Source: Lepidodermella squamata
Lineage: Eukaryota > Animalia > Gastrotricha
Assembly (NCBI GenBank): GCA_047495785.1
Contig: JBLDXI010000026.1
Span: 806,001 to 870,000, forward strand
DNA: 64,000 bases
Reading direction: 5' to 3'
In this document: positions 1-13,700 of the stretch, piece by piece
Layout of the letters: the number at the start of each line of letters is the position of its first letter
Numbering within the stretch: position 1 is the first letter of the stretch
Program-made: the position numbers and the translations under genes
The notes under the pieces: generated by a model
Databases searched by the model: none
Seen by the model: the letters and a program-made list of their open reading frames with translations, nothing else
What the model was told of the DNA's origin: nothing

Positions 1-192
1 GCTGTAAAGCTGAACTTACTTCGGCCGAACAACTCGGCTGAAAATGTAGCCAAGACAGGGCTCAAAAGTAAAGCAGCTCTTCTTCGGGCGTTTGAATTGC
101 TTAAAATTAAACAGCTGCAAAAAATATAATAAAGTAACAGTTTTGCTAAAAATTAAAAATTCGATTTATAATTTTGTAGATATATTTAAAAA

Positions 193-591
193 ATGAAAAT
201 TCATACGATTTGTTTGCTTTTCTTGATCGCCTCGTCAACACTTTGCGAGCCGTCGCATCAAATCGAGTAAGTTTTTTCTGTAAACAAACCTATACATGAT
301 AATTTTTTATAATTTTTCAGGAAAAGGAGGTATATAACGCAAGTTGTGATGTATCCTTGGTGGCGCAATCGGGCGAAATTCACAAAATTTCTGGAAAATT
401 CTAACAATTCGACTATCACTACTAATGGTACTATCAACGATCAGCCGATCGCAGTTTTTCAAGATCCTAAGCCAGTTCCGGGAGCTATCATTGGCAGGAA
501 CAGGCTTCTGAGTAATGACATCGTCAAATTAAAGATTCAGCACAAATTGAAATTAGACAGGCAGCAGGACATTTTAAACCGAAAACTTTGA
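193..591 (+). CDS. Small secreted prohormone-like protein (114 aa; exons 193-266, 321-591)
   Basis: Exon 1 encodes signal peptide MKIHTICLLFLIASSTLC. A 54-nt phase-2 GTAAGT..TTTCAG intron joins it in frame to ORF 346..591 through E-KRR (basic cleavage site). AATAAA lies just after the stop. Confidence 0.8.
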
Positions 592-3500
592 TTTCAATAA
601 AGCTATTCGCTATATTAGAAATAAAGCTCAACCGGTTGAATGTTCATTTTCCAGAGAACGCCTCAATTCAGCTGAGATAGAGTCAACTGAAAGTGTTGAT
701 TTTTAGCCGAATCTGAAGCGTGCCCCATGACCCATGAGTTGCGCAACCTTTTTACATCACAGATTTTAGTCGGATGAAGGTTTGAAACCTGATTGATAGG
801 CGCAAAATTGTTTTTTTCTCTCACGATTACACTTTTCAACAGATGCATTCGTTCCCAAACCTTCTGACTTGTATGACACAGTAGTGTCCTATTATAATCA
901 TGCCGCGTAAGACACCGTACTAAAATTCAGTTGGGGATGTTGAGCAAAAATTAGATGCTTCCAATTAAGAGTGATCTATAGCTCGACTATGGTCCAAAAA
1001 TGCCTTGTATCTTAATATTCTGGATCTCTATTAGTCTGGAGTCTGAATCCTGTCATCTGATTCCCATAGGACACAAGTTGAAATTTCACATAGTACGCGC
1101 TGTTCTGAAAATATGAGCTAATTAAAAAATTATGGATTTTCCAGTCCTCCGATTTTTTTTCGAGTCGCAAAAGTGTCTGCCACTGGAAAAAAAATAAAAA
1201 AAATGTACGTGAATTTGAAAATAATCATGCTTTCTTCTATTTTTCGCTTAGCAGTGGTTTTGCTTTGTTGTTGGATGAGGTAGGATGAGATAGGAGATAG
1301 TTAATTAATGCGCGGTAAAAAAATTTTAATCCTTAAAGCCTAAAAAGTCTTCGACGCTGTTCTAGGGGAAATGTCTTTTTTATTCCTCAAAATTTTTCAA
1401 CGGTTTTAATAAGTTGTGTATACCTCTGAGCGTGGTCCGGCGAGTGGGGAAAAATCGGGGGATTTTCTCCGTCCGCACTTTTCGCCATTCATTTTTCTAA
1501 AATTTAGTCTTCATCCATCTTCCGCGATTTCACCTAATACCGAGTATATTTAAAATTTACCGGATTATTACCCATGTGGTAACTGGTTCGGTAATTTTTG
1601 ATATTATCCCCTTTTAACCCAAATTTTTTCATATATTTCATTCTTTCACTTTGCATCTACATGATTATCATTTTCATGGTATTCAACATGTTACCGCGGC
1701 GATCAAATTTTGCCACTCATCCCGTTTCTTTTTTCGCTTATAACTTTGCGTAGGATCGACGCATTGTTTCTTGAAATAAACTCGATTATTGATTTTGCTC
1801 AAGTAAAAGTTATTTTTCAAAAGTGCCGGATTTGGCTTGATGAAAGTACCTATTAGCCTTTGGGCCATGTGACGTAGATCTGCGTAAAGTTTCCCAAAGG
1901 TGACTCGAGAAACTCGAAAAATCCTGATATTAGTGCCAAAAAGTAATGCTTTTGACGCCTACGTTAATACGTACTAGTAAATAATTGCATAATTTAAATG
2001 CATAATTAATATCCTATGCTTTTTATTAATGTTCACTTTGAAGACGACAAGGTCTCGGTACTCTTCTATAAACTAAGATCAAGCACAATTTAATATTAAA
2101 ATTTTTGTTAATGAAATTTATCAGTCAACTGGCTAATTTTTTTAATTCAGTGAAACGCCCTCCATCTGCGGTGCAGCGAAACTCCTGCCGGGAAATCCGA
2201 ATCAACGGGAAATTCAGGCTGTTTTTCGAACAATTTCCGTTAGCGGTTCCAAGTCGCTAGTAAAGTGTTACGTGCCCCGACTTTCCGTAAACCGGATTCA
2301 TGTGACACAGATTAATCTAGGTTTTACGATCTAATAATTAAGAAATGTCCGTAGCCTTATGTATAAAGCCTGTATGTATTAGCGCCTCAAGCTAAACGCC
2401 GACGATTTTTTTTCAAAATCAACTGAGGAGTAATAATTTCACATTTTTTGTGAATCATCTCAAATTTACAATAAAATATTTATCATGCGATGATTTTTGT
2501 GATTAGCGACTACAGTCATCCTTTATTTATTGCACGCAGCAGGCGAAATTTCGAATATAGTGCCAAAACTTTGGGAAATCGATGATTAATTCTGAACATT
2601 GTGATATTATTTGAGACGGCGATTTCTGCCTCGTCTGCGAATTATACTAATTTTTTCCGATTTTTCGACAATTTTAAACATTTTGGGACTCAGTGTTCGA
2701 GCGTAACGACGACACTTTTCCCAACTTTCCTTCTTTCTTACGCCCAATACAAGTTTTTATCCCCAGGATTTTTCTTAAATTAAATAAAATCGCGTATTAC
2801 CTGGAACGTAGGCGGTGTTCCTACTCAGATTAATTTTACCTAAAATAAATCAAATTCATCATAATCGCCATGTCTTCTATGCTGTCGGGTCATCGCACGT
2901 GCCAACAATTTTCAAAATTAAAATTGTCTCTTCTTGAATTCCACGCTTTTTTTAGCGTACTTTCATGTTTTAAATCTAATTATATGATTGCTACCGCCCC
3001 TATCTTGAGGGTAGTATAAGAAATGTTTCGTAAAAGCTTGGCTATAAGACGAGTCATCACCCAATAATTTTGTAATTTTTCAAATCCGCCACGCCTTCAG
3101 CCCCCTTATTCGAACGCTTCCCATCAGCTGGTGAATCTTCCTAATGCCTAGACGTAGTGCCAAGAGATATGTATTTTATTGCCAACTAAATAAAATATAT
3201 TTATCTGGCGCGTGCAAAAAATAATTGAAAATGTGGGTCAACTGCGGCAATATCGCGCGCGATACTCGATATTGCCAACGTACAAGAGGCGCGCATACCC
3301 TGCGAAATATCCGGAGCCTTTTCTTCAATGCTGTCATCGAGCCAAAGATGAAAGTTGGGACGTATTAGATTTTTCGCAATTAAAAATTTAATTACACCTA
3401 TTACGCATGTTTGCATAATTATTGCTCATGAGCAGCTCAGGCGCAGAAATTTTGAGAATTTCAAACAAAATCCTTTATAATATCGAAAATCGAGGTAAAT

Positions 3501-4258
3501 ATCGGGAATAATAAATAGAGCGAAATTTCGCGATAGAAACTCTATTGGGCTGCGGGGTTCCGCGTGAGGTGTGAGGGAAGCGACGCAAAAGTTTTAGAGG
3601 GTCCTCCCACTTGTGATGCACGGCAACCATCAACACATCATCAGTATCGCGAGAGCTCACAAACAATGTAGTCTCCCACTTTCCATATTTGCGAGGTGAC
3701 AACAGTTTAGCATTTCTTCTAACATAGGAATAACAGACACCAATAGCTGGTGGCGATGAAAATTACGAACCGCCTGTCTGCAGGGTGCAACTATTTTAAT
3801 ACTAAAAAAAGTATCTTGATCATACGTTCTCTATGTTTTTTCAAAAAATTTAAATCCATTATAGGCTTCATTAGTTTCATTAATTAGCACTTCATTTAGG
3901 CAAGTCAAGAATGAAGGGGGACCGAAGCCTTACCGGTATCACTTATTCTCTCTTGACTTTTTGTCCGCAATAATTTCTGATAATATGAAACTGACTCATT
4001 GTTTTTTCCGGTCGCTTCTTCGGCGCTTTTTTTTATTGCGCGCGCTCACAGGTAATAAATCGCGCGCACTTTTTTATTGCGGTGGATTAATCAAGAAATT
4101 GTGCGCAATTTCGCCAAACATTAATAATAACAAAAGTACGGCGCTTTTTTTCGTCATCCGCGCCACCACCACCACCGACCACCAGCCGACGCGCGCACCG
4201 CCGCCTACTCGACGCTTTTTAATCTCGTCGGCTAGTGCCATGGCGCATCACTCGCAAA

Positions 4259-4357
4259 TATAAATATTCATCGCTATACCAAATATTTTGCGCTGTTTTC
4301 GTAGTTTTATCTCGCGTAGCTATAGGTCAGTTGTGATTTTAACGCCTCTTGACGTCA
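4259..4357 (+). promoter_or_regulatory. Candidate TATA box (4259-4264) and CRE palindrome TGACGTCA (4350-4357) upstream of the neuropeptide gene
   Basis: Exact consensus matches within 170 nt of the ATG; function not shown. Confidence 0.3.
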
Positions 4358-4424
4358 TCGCTATATTCAGAACATTGCAAAATTTTACTAGAATTTTACG
4401 AATTTTTACTGATTTTTACTTGAA

Positions 4425-4829
4425 ATGGCATGCAAAAAGATCGCAATTCTGCTCCTCGGCGTTATAGCTCTTGCTGTTTTCGCCGCCGCTGCTCCGATTT
4501 TTGAAGAAGAATCCGTTGATGACGAGGACGCGTAAGTTTTAAATTTCGTGCAATGTAAAAAAAATTAATATTTCTTTCTATACAGGGAAAAGCGGTTCAG
4601 CTCGGATGATTTCAGCGGTGAATCGCGAAAACGCTCAGCTGACCTAGATTCGGACGATTCTAGCCTCGAAACGCGTCGCAAGCGCTCCTACGAAACTAAT
4701 TTCGACAGCTTCGACGGCGATGAAAGTGACGATGTTTCCGATCGAATGGAAAAGCGACTCACCGCCCTGGCGCTAATGGACAGCCTGCGAGCATTCAACC
4801 AAAACGACCAGAAATTCAGCGGGAAATAA
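4425..4829 (+). CDS. Neuropeptide precursor (116 aa; exons 4425-4531, 4586-4829)
   Basis: Signal peptide MACKKIAILLLGVIALAVFAAA, acidic spacers, KR/RKR/RRKR/KR convertase sites, and a C-terminal peptide LTALALMDSLRAFNQNDQKFS followed by G-K-stop (amidation signal). 54-nt GT-AG intron. Missed by the ORF track. Confidence 0.88.
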
Positions 4830-7756
4830 GAAAAATCCACCTTGCATATCAGCTGAAAATTTTTCAAAATATTATTTGTGAGCTTATCTCATCATCACAA
4901 GCGTGTTATTAGGTTCTTCAAACTTAATTCACTGAGCCTTTCCACCTTGGTAAACAAAATATTTTCTGCTGTACACTGTACGAAACAACAATGTCTTATT
5001 TATTGTAATAAAATGGAAGTTTTTATTCAATTTTTGGTGCATGATTTTCGTCCATTTCTACCAGCCAATTTTGTTAAGAGCCGGTTTTTTCTGGAATCCG
5101 AGTCCCAAATGCTGCCCCACGGGAATCACCAGACTTTCCATTTCAGGAATGCAGCGCTAGAAAATTCTATAATATTTTTCCAAAGGAGAAAAAATAGCAA
5201 AAAATCAGTATAAAGTGGAATTCAAAATGATCGGGGAAACTTGAAGATGACTTGAAGACCACACCTTCATTGAAAAATCCATAACTACGTGATGAAAATA
5301 ATTCACATTAGAGCGATGAGTTTTAGTCGCACTTATCACTGCGAATTCTCGCAATATAATCAACTATAATGGTGTGAATATTGCCGCCGCGCGAGTGTCT
5401 CGTTAAAGTTGGCGGGTTCATTGATGGTCATTTTTTGCAAGTAAAATCCACGCAGCCGCTATATGTCCGTTCAAAACCTCGTTTGTACAAAATTTATACT
5501 CTTTCAGACGCGATTATTCGATCACAATTCGAAAATTCACCTTTTTTTATGATATTTTTTTTATATTTTACACTTCAAATAAAAATTTGGTTTATAAACA
5601 AAAATTTCTCATCTCACAGCCCATTTTAATTTTCAGCTATCGATAATAGGGCTCTTTCGTCGCAGCAAAGCCTCAGAACTATGACTGGAAAATTTTGGCA
5701 AAATAATTATTTTTAGCTGAACCGGGTTTAGATAAAAAATGCATTTCAGAAGGGATTAAGAATATTAAAAAAATGATTTTAAATTTAATTAGATAAGTAT
5801 GATATAAAAAAATTCAAAATTCTGTTAATTTTGTTTCAAAAAACCAAAATTTAAAATTATTCATTTCGTTATTTCCTCATTAAAAATGCATGTGTCTCAT
5901 TTTGCTAGTATTTATTTATAGCCGCGAATCTGATTCATGCATCAGACGATTGATACTTTGGTGCTAGGCAATTGTATTATCTCGTTGAATTTTAAATGTA
6001 GTCATAGACAAAGATATAGCGATGTCAGTCGGAGGTAGCCAGACAAATTGATGTGCGGCTATAGAATCGATGATCATAACTGACAGATGCGCGTTTTTTT
6101 ACACACCCGTGACTCCTTTTTACGGAATGAAAGATCGAGAAGTAGATGAGCTAAGTTAGTGAAGATTAACGCGCCTTGTCTATTCGCCCGAGGACCTCTA
6201 TACGACTTCAAAATTTGAGCTTATTGCCCGATTTAGCGTTGTCGTCATGACCCCAAGGCTTTTTGACTTAATCAAATACTTGAATTTTTCTCAAGGGATA
6301 AAATTTTGATATTTACAAATAAATATCAAAACATAATTGTTCAAGTTTTTTGGCTTTTAACCAGTAAAGTTGTGTCCTAAAAATGTCTGAGAGCAATTAC
6401 TATGAACCCCTCAGTACAACCAATCATGACAGCTGCCATCTCACTCCTGTCATTATTTTCCTGATCTTGCTTGCTATTGTCTTGCATTTTGTCACCTGGC
6501 CGCATCAATAAGCAATTTTTGCGCTCATTTTCCTCAGATAAACAATTTTGCAGATTTAAGGAGTAAGGCTGAGCTAAAAAATAGTTATTCGCCCTTCGCC
6601 CTCATTTGCATTAGAATTACCCAAGTTTGAGAATAAGACTCATTTGTTAAATTCTATTGCTACGGTCTAAGGTGCGTCCCCATTTGCCGCGTCTCTTCTA
6701 ATTACCATAGGCGGCGCTAGCTGTCATTATTGCGACAAGGAGTGCGCATCTCAGGTCACCTCATAACCTACATTTACAATTTTATTGCTCGAAATTATTA
6801 CACATAGCGCAATCATGAATCATTCTCTTTGTGCTATAAGTTCTACATAGCTATTGCTCAACATATTCAGTTAAATCGCTGGAATTCAATTCTGGTTCGA
6901 CTGCAACTTTTTATTCCCATTAAAATTTCCTGTTATTGAAATGACCATCTCGCAGGTGTCTCCCAGTTTACGTCGTAATCTCTGAAGCCGTTGAATGTCG
7001 TTGAGCGCTGTTGAAAGCCGAAAAGCTTCTTCGAATTATTCACCGACGCGTGTGCCTCCAAAGACCAGCCTGTTATTTCAAGCTCATGAATAGCAAGGCC
7101 GAATTTTCGGTGTTCTTTTCAGAATTTGAAAATTCCTCCTTAATTTTTTATCTAAAATTTTGATTTCGGATTTTTTGTCCATTTTTCAGAAATTTTCACA
7201 AAAATCGATTGCGAGGCAAAATTTATTTTGATCTCCAAGCTGATCAACTATTTATTTAGAATTTTTTGGTAAAAAAGAAATCTCCAACGTGATATATGAA
7301 TGAAATTCTAGACGGAGGCATAGATTTATGCTAACAAAAACGTTTCGGCCTGAATTTCGTTTCCCAACTTTTCGAAGGTAATTTAGGGGTGTATTGCTTA
7401 CAACCGCCTTCGTCATTTTATAGCATCTTGTGGGCGGTGTCCGATCTTTCGATAAAAATAACATAATAGCTCTTGTAAGACAGCGGGTAAATAGAATCCC
7501 TTTCAAGTGACATCACAACAAACCTGAGCTATGATTCCACACGCTGTGAAAGCTTTTGAGAAGCTGGTCGATCAGCGCGTGGCGCCATCAACACTTGCCT
7601 GACTTCCGGCCTTCGTGCATTAGAACAAAACTCCGTGATATATAATGCTTTCTAACTTCTAACAGACAGTCTAGTGCTCACAGCTCTTACTCTCGCCTAT
7701 CATTTCATGTTCGAATTGTGTTTTTTCTATAATTAAAATCACCTGGGCTGAAAAAA

Positions 7757-10700
7757 ATGAATTTCACGGTGATTGTTTCGCTGGTCGAATTCTTCGATAA
7801 GATGGTCAACGATATCAAGTTCATCAACTCACAGGTGCACTATATGGTGCAAGAACAGGGCCGGCCGTTGAGCAGTGAAGAAGTGACGGCCCTCCTAGCC
7901 ACGCAGCAACAGCACCAAACGCCGGCGCCGATGCGAGGCTTCGGCGGCGGCCACACGCACGACCACCCGTGGACGCTGACCGAACAGATTCTACTGCTGA
8001 CCGTGCTGTGTCTCGCTGGTTTGTTGACGATCGGCGGCAATGTTCTCGTTGTTTTGTGCGTCACGCTTGAGCGGTCACTTCGCACCGTGTCGAATTATTT
8101 CCTCGCCTCGCTTTCTGTTGCCGATCTCATCGTCGGCGTTTTTATGATGCCACTAGCAGCCTACTTAGAGGTGAGTAAATTATATATTTTTTTCGAAAAC
8201 TTCAGAGCGTCTTATCTGAAGAATTTTTTTTACAAAATCTCCCTATTTTCCCCTTTTTAAATCGAATTTTACACTCAATCATAATTTTTGCGGTTTGTTC
8301 GAAATATGTGCTCAATATTTTTAAGATCTTTCGAACGTAAAATTTCATCAAATTCGATAGGGTAGCAAATTGAAACTCGCAGCCCGGAAATGTTATCGAA
8401 ATGTGATCTCCTTATCTGTAGTGCGGGATGATAAATTTATTTATCATTCTTTTTGTTGGCAATCATTTCATCAGAAAATCGAATGGAAAGTTCATTTTAA
8501 TTTGAATGATTGAAAGACATCATATTTAATCAGTTTTTCTGGAATTTCGAGAAATTTTACACAAGCTAAATAAGAACGGATTCTCGCTAATTAAAGGAGT
8601 CTATAATGACTCTGTGTTGATCATCAGAACCAGCAAATTAATTTGAGATTTTAATGGCAAAGTTACTACCTGGATGTTTTTGCTTAAAAACTACACAGGA
8701 AATGGGTCTAAAAATATTTGCACCGCTAAAACTGAGGTTCCAACTCTAAAATTAGGTGCTCCGGCACTAAATTGTTCCGATTGTGGTCAATTTCGGATTT
8801 GTCGTTTGTTGCCCTCCGTGAATGTGGGATTTTTTATTTTAGCTACATGGTGCTCTAAAAGGTACGTAAAGAAACGACCGATGTTACTTTCGTGGCAGCC
8901 AATATTGGAAAAAAATAACTGATTTGTGAAATCGATACTTAAAGTCGATATCGGCTCTGGAGGCCTCTGGAACTGAGACCGTTTAAACCTCAAAATACCC
9001 GTAATTAAGTAATAAAGAGATCTATCGGCCAAATTAACTAATTTGGGCAGCAATCGGTTGGTTAATAAAAAATTGAGTTTCTAGAAAAGGCGAACTCGTG
9101 CTAGATCCGCAAATTAAGTGCTGGAGCCCGAAATTTAGGGTGCCACGTGTCACAGTCATATTGTCACCATCGGCTTTTTTCGACAGCAAAAATTGGAAAA
9201 TTGAGTTTTAGGACATGAAATATATTTCCGCGGAGTTGTGAATGCTTTGAAGCGTCTAAGATCTGCAGCGGCTTCCCCGGTGTAATCAATCAAGTGTCAT
9301 CAATGCAGAAAGACAATGCGCTAGGACAAGACGTGTCTGGGTTGTCCATTTCCATAGGGACATAGTGCTGACGACCGGGATTCGTTGGGTTCGTTAAGGC
9401 GCAGAAGCGGACAACAATCCGCCGGCTCTGAAGAGGAGCTCGGAGAAATTAAATTTTAAATTTTGAATCTTTTAGAATTTTAACATTATTTTTTCTGAAA
9501 TTTCTGAAATTGTGTTCTTAACTTTCCAAATTTTCCGCTCACTCAATATTCAAGATCAACCGTTCTAAGTCAATATTTTGAACGGGTTGAATAAACTACA
9601 GCCAATGCCGGTTTTTTTGCTATTTTTGATACTTTATCAGTATCACAGCTTTTTACCGGTTCAGCACATAAGATTGAACGTATTAAAATTTTCTGTTCAA
9701 AAAAGTATTTTTCCATTTTGAAAACCACTCTGACTGCTTCATCGGTGAAAACTGTTTATCTGACTTGTGTAATAGAGCATGCAGCCCTAAATTCGGCCGC
9801 TTTTTGGGATTTTCCTACTTTGCCAGCCAGGTGAATCTTTAGAAAATATTCGGCAAATACAGAATTGTGAAGGAGTTCTTGGGCTATCGAATGCCGGTTT
9901 CCGCAAATCTGGACTATTTTACCTTGATTTATGGCTAATTTTGTGGTCACCTAGACACCCGGCCGGAATTAGGGAACCGGGTGCTCTAATTTCGGCCACC
10001 TCATCCAGTTAACGCTAATACCTTAAGTTTGATACCATTAAATTCATCTCGGCGAGCTTAGCGTGGAAATCGCCTTTGTTGCTTTACCTGGGAGCTTTTC
10101 CTTGACGATGTGATGCCTGAAACTCTGGTGTTTATGGTAACAAAGCACTCGAGAAGCGACATGACCCACCTCGCCCGCATTTAGAACTATTTTTTGTGAT
10201 CACGTGCTTGAAAAATCATGAAACAGATTGGCTCAACAATGCGAATTTCTTGAGTTGCGTGCAAAAAAACTGCTTCACAGCATTATTTGTTGTCAAAATT
10301 TCGGCCGGTCGCCGAAGTTAGGTCGAATTTAGGAAGCGGCGGCGATTAGGGCTTTCTACTCTATCGGTCAATCGGTGTATGAGGTTTATCGGTTCGCATT
10401 TTGAAATCTCCATTTTTTTAAAAAGGCTCACTCAATTTTTCAATAATTATGGAAAAATTAATTCTTTTGCTGGTTATATAATCGGAAAATTTCCCTTTTC
10501 GCCATCAATTTGAGTAATGAAATTCTATTTTCCAAAACCGTTCAGATGCACCCCGATAGCCAATTTTGTTTTTATTTTTACCTCTTTGCAACTTGAAAAA
10601 AAAAGAAACCTATCGGATTTAGGTCAATTTTATAATAATTTTTTATTTATTTCAGATATTCGACAGCAGATGGCCTTTTGGCCCGACATTGTGCAATATT

Positions 10701-13700
10701 TGGCTAGCAGCCGACGTAACTGCCTCAACCGCTTCAATTTTAGGCCTAGCAGCGATAGCTTACAACAGGTTTGCATACAATTACTGGCTACTCTCTAATC
10801 CCGATGAAAGCCAAATGCTGTGAGCGTATTTTTTATAGACGTCTGTGAATTATTGGATAGCCGGTGGCAAAATCGTTTAGGATGTTCTGATTTTAGCGAA
10901 TTTTAATTGTCAATTTGCGCTAGATGTCTTGAATTACTTGACCTTGAGTGTCTGGGGTTCAGCCCAGGATGATTCGGCCTGTTACCCTGGGTGCAGGATT
11001 AGACAATCATTCGTGATCAGGAACACGTAAACTTCATAGCTATATCCCTTACATCCTACATCACGACATTTTTTGTTGCTCGGCATCAAATGACGCCACT
11101 CAGCGCAGTGAGTCAAAACGGCAAAAAAGCGATAAAAATTTGAGCTTGTGTGCATGTTAGGATACACTAATTACGCTGATATAAGTATGCTAACAGATGT
11201 GTATAAAACAGGGTAATACACGTGAAAGAGAGTATTAGTCACCATGCCACCACGCTTCCTTACTTCATACAAGCCGAGATAGCTCAGTTGGGAGAGCGTT
11301 AGACTGAAGATCTAAAGGTCCCTGGTTCGATCCCGGGTCTCGGCGGATTCTTTTTTTTGCGTTTTTTTATTTTTATTTTTTATTTTTGTTTTCAGATACA
11401 TTGCAATCGTCAAGCCTTTTACTTATGGGACGATTCAGCGCAATCCTTATCTTTCATTTTGGCTTCCGATGCTAGCAATATGGACCATATCGGGCGGTAT
11501 TGCTTCGCCTATTGTTTTCGGTGAGTGCCTTCAGCGTCCAATGTTTTCGCTTACACTGCCCGAAAACTTAGTCAGCCTCTTATAAAGGTCAGGCCTCAGA
11601 TAATGGTCAGGTCGCCCACGCGTGTACCATCATTTTATGATAATATATTTTGATAAATTTCGAAATGGTTAAAACGAATTCGGATTTTACTAGGTCATCA
11701 TCATCATCGCCTTCTCCTCGGGTTAAAAAACCGAGCATATGCCGATCTATTTAGAGGCCAATTCAGTTGAGAAGGGTTCGAAATAATAAAGGTAAGGCCT
11801 CAAATAAAGGGCGGTCTCAAATTAAGACGGGGTTTCGACTTGCTTTGAAAAAAATAAAGGACAGGCCCAAAATTTCAGGCAGTACGGTATGTTGTTGTCT
11901 CTTTTATGAATTTTTCCATAATTTTGACAAATAATTCAACATTCAATTCAAGCAACCGAGTGAAATGATTTTTGGAAATTCAAAATGACCGGGATAATTG
12001 AGACGAAAGTTTAAGAACTGTGAAGACATTTTTTGAGATTGAATAGATTTACCGTAACGCTAATTTGGACCTGATAAATTTGGACTACATCCGCCTTATT
12101 TCCTAATTACGGTCAGGAGTCTCGGTGACCACAAAATTAGCCATAAATCAATGTAAAATCGCTCGGATTTACGGAAACCGGCATTCGATAGCCCAAAATG
12201 TGGCCGAATTTAGGGCGGGATCCTCTAATTGCGTATGCGCGTTTCAATAACACTGTGTCCAAATTTACCCATACTTAAGCAATTAGTATAAAACCAAGGC
12301 GAAACTTTTAAATTCGCAACAGTTTCACAGCCAGTGGAAATCGGCGCCCCCTGGTGCCCTGACATTTTCCAACGTCCTTATGCTACCCAAGAATTTTCCC
12401 GCGCACGCCAAGTTTTGAACTGATCGATTTTTTTGCATGCAAAAGATTCAAATAAATAGCGCGAGAAGTTTAGTTAGCGTAAGGGTTTACAGTTTTCCCC
12501 AAAAAGTAGTGTATTGTCCAAAAATAAGAACTTTTCACCTCAATCCTTTACCAGCTCTCAAAAATAGACGATACTCTGACGTAATCAAAGGTGAAAAGCA
12601 TAGGATTTTCTTTCAATGTCCCCAGCTCAGATCAGACGTAAGGAAGGGTTAAACTTGGATGAAACCTTTTCAAGGTCAAAAATTAGCGTTTGCTCAAAAC
12701 GTTCTGCAATTTGAACCTAATTCCTGTAAATTTAAACATATTTCTGTTTCTTGGAATTTTGAAACATTGAATTTGACTCGGATCTCATAGGTGTGAATCA
12801 CAACCACGACGATTTCGACGGCGTGTGTGCGCTGGGCAATCTCAACTACCTGTTCTACTCGTCCATATTCTCGTTCTTCATCCCCAGCGGCGTCATGGTC
12901 GTGCTATACGTCGCTATTTTCCGCGTTCTGGCTCAACGCGCGAAACGGTCATTCGCCCGCCGCTACCGCTCGTCCGGCTACTTCCGGCACCTGGCGAAAA
13001 TCGCCCACGAAAAACGCCAACGAAGCCAAAGCACGGTCGAAGACGGCGGCGGGCGGCATCACCACCGCTGCAGTTCGGGTAAAGAAACCGAACATGAGGC
13101 TAGAAATTCGGGCGGAAATTCGTCGACGCCGCTAATGAAAAAACAGGATTCGTTTCCACAGCCGAAAACTAAAAAGCAAGCAAAAAATAGCGGGAAAAAC
13201 TGCCCGAAAACTGCTGACCGGCTGCCGGTTCAGGCGAACGGCAAGCGGTGTATGTACGACGATGCGAGCGGCGTGTACCTGGGTGAAGTTGCGACGTCCT
13301 TACCGACTCTGCTCGTCACGGCCTCGCCTCAACTGCTGCCAGCTGCTGGTGATAACTCCACGGTGCGGGGCAGTAGTGAGCTGGGGAGTAGTTGCGTGCT
13401 GGATTCGCCGCAGCTCACCTCCCCGGAGCAGCAACGGAATACTAACACCTCCCAAAGGTGATTGTTTTTTTTCAATTTTTTTTCTCAAGTTTCAGATTTT
13501 TTAATGTCCCACGGAATAAGTAGAGCTTAATCGGATGTCATGACTCAATAGCATTATCGAAATTTGATCCCTGTTTTGTTCATGAGAATGAATAGTCCAT
13601 GATAAAATATGATAGGTATTTTCCAAGGAATTTTTATTTTTATTTTTCAAAAAATGAGGGTTTAGATTTTTAATTTGATCGATGTAAATACGATAAAATG

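Noticed and set aside
600-4260. Short ORFs (663..848, 1683..1868, 3201..3416, 3475..3702, 3961..4263)
   Set aside because: No domain signal or consistent splice structure; consistent with AT-rich intergenic or decayed repeat DNA.
6930-7620. Possible minus-strand exons (open stretch GWSLEAHAS...RWSFQ* after a CAG acceptor)
   Set aside because: No in-frame upstream exon or recognisable motif; antisense non-coding transcription cannot be excluded.
12825-13504. Overlapping alternative-frame ORFs in the ICL3 exon
   Set aside because: Expected by-products of a GC-rich exon with few stop codons.
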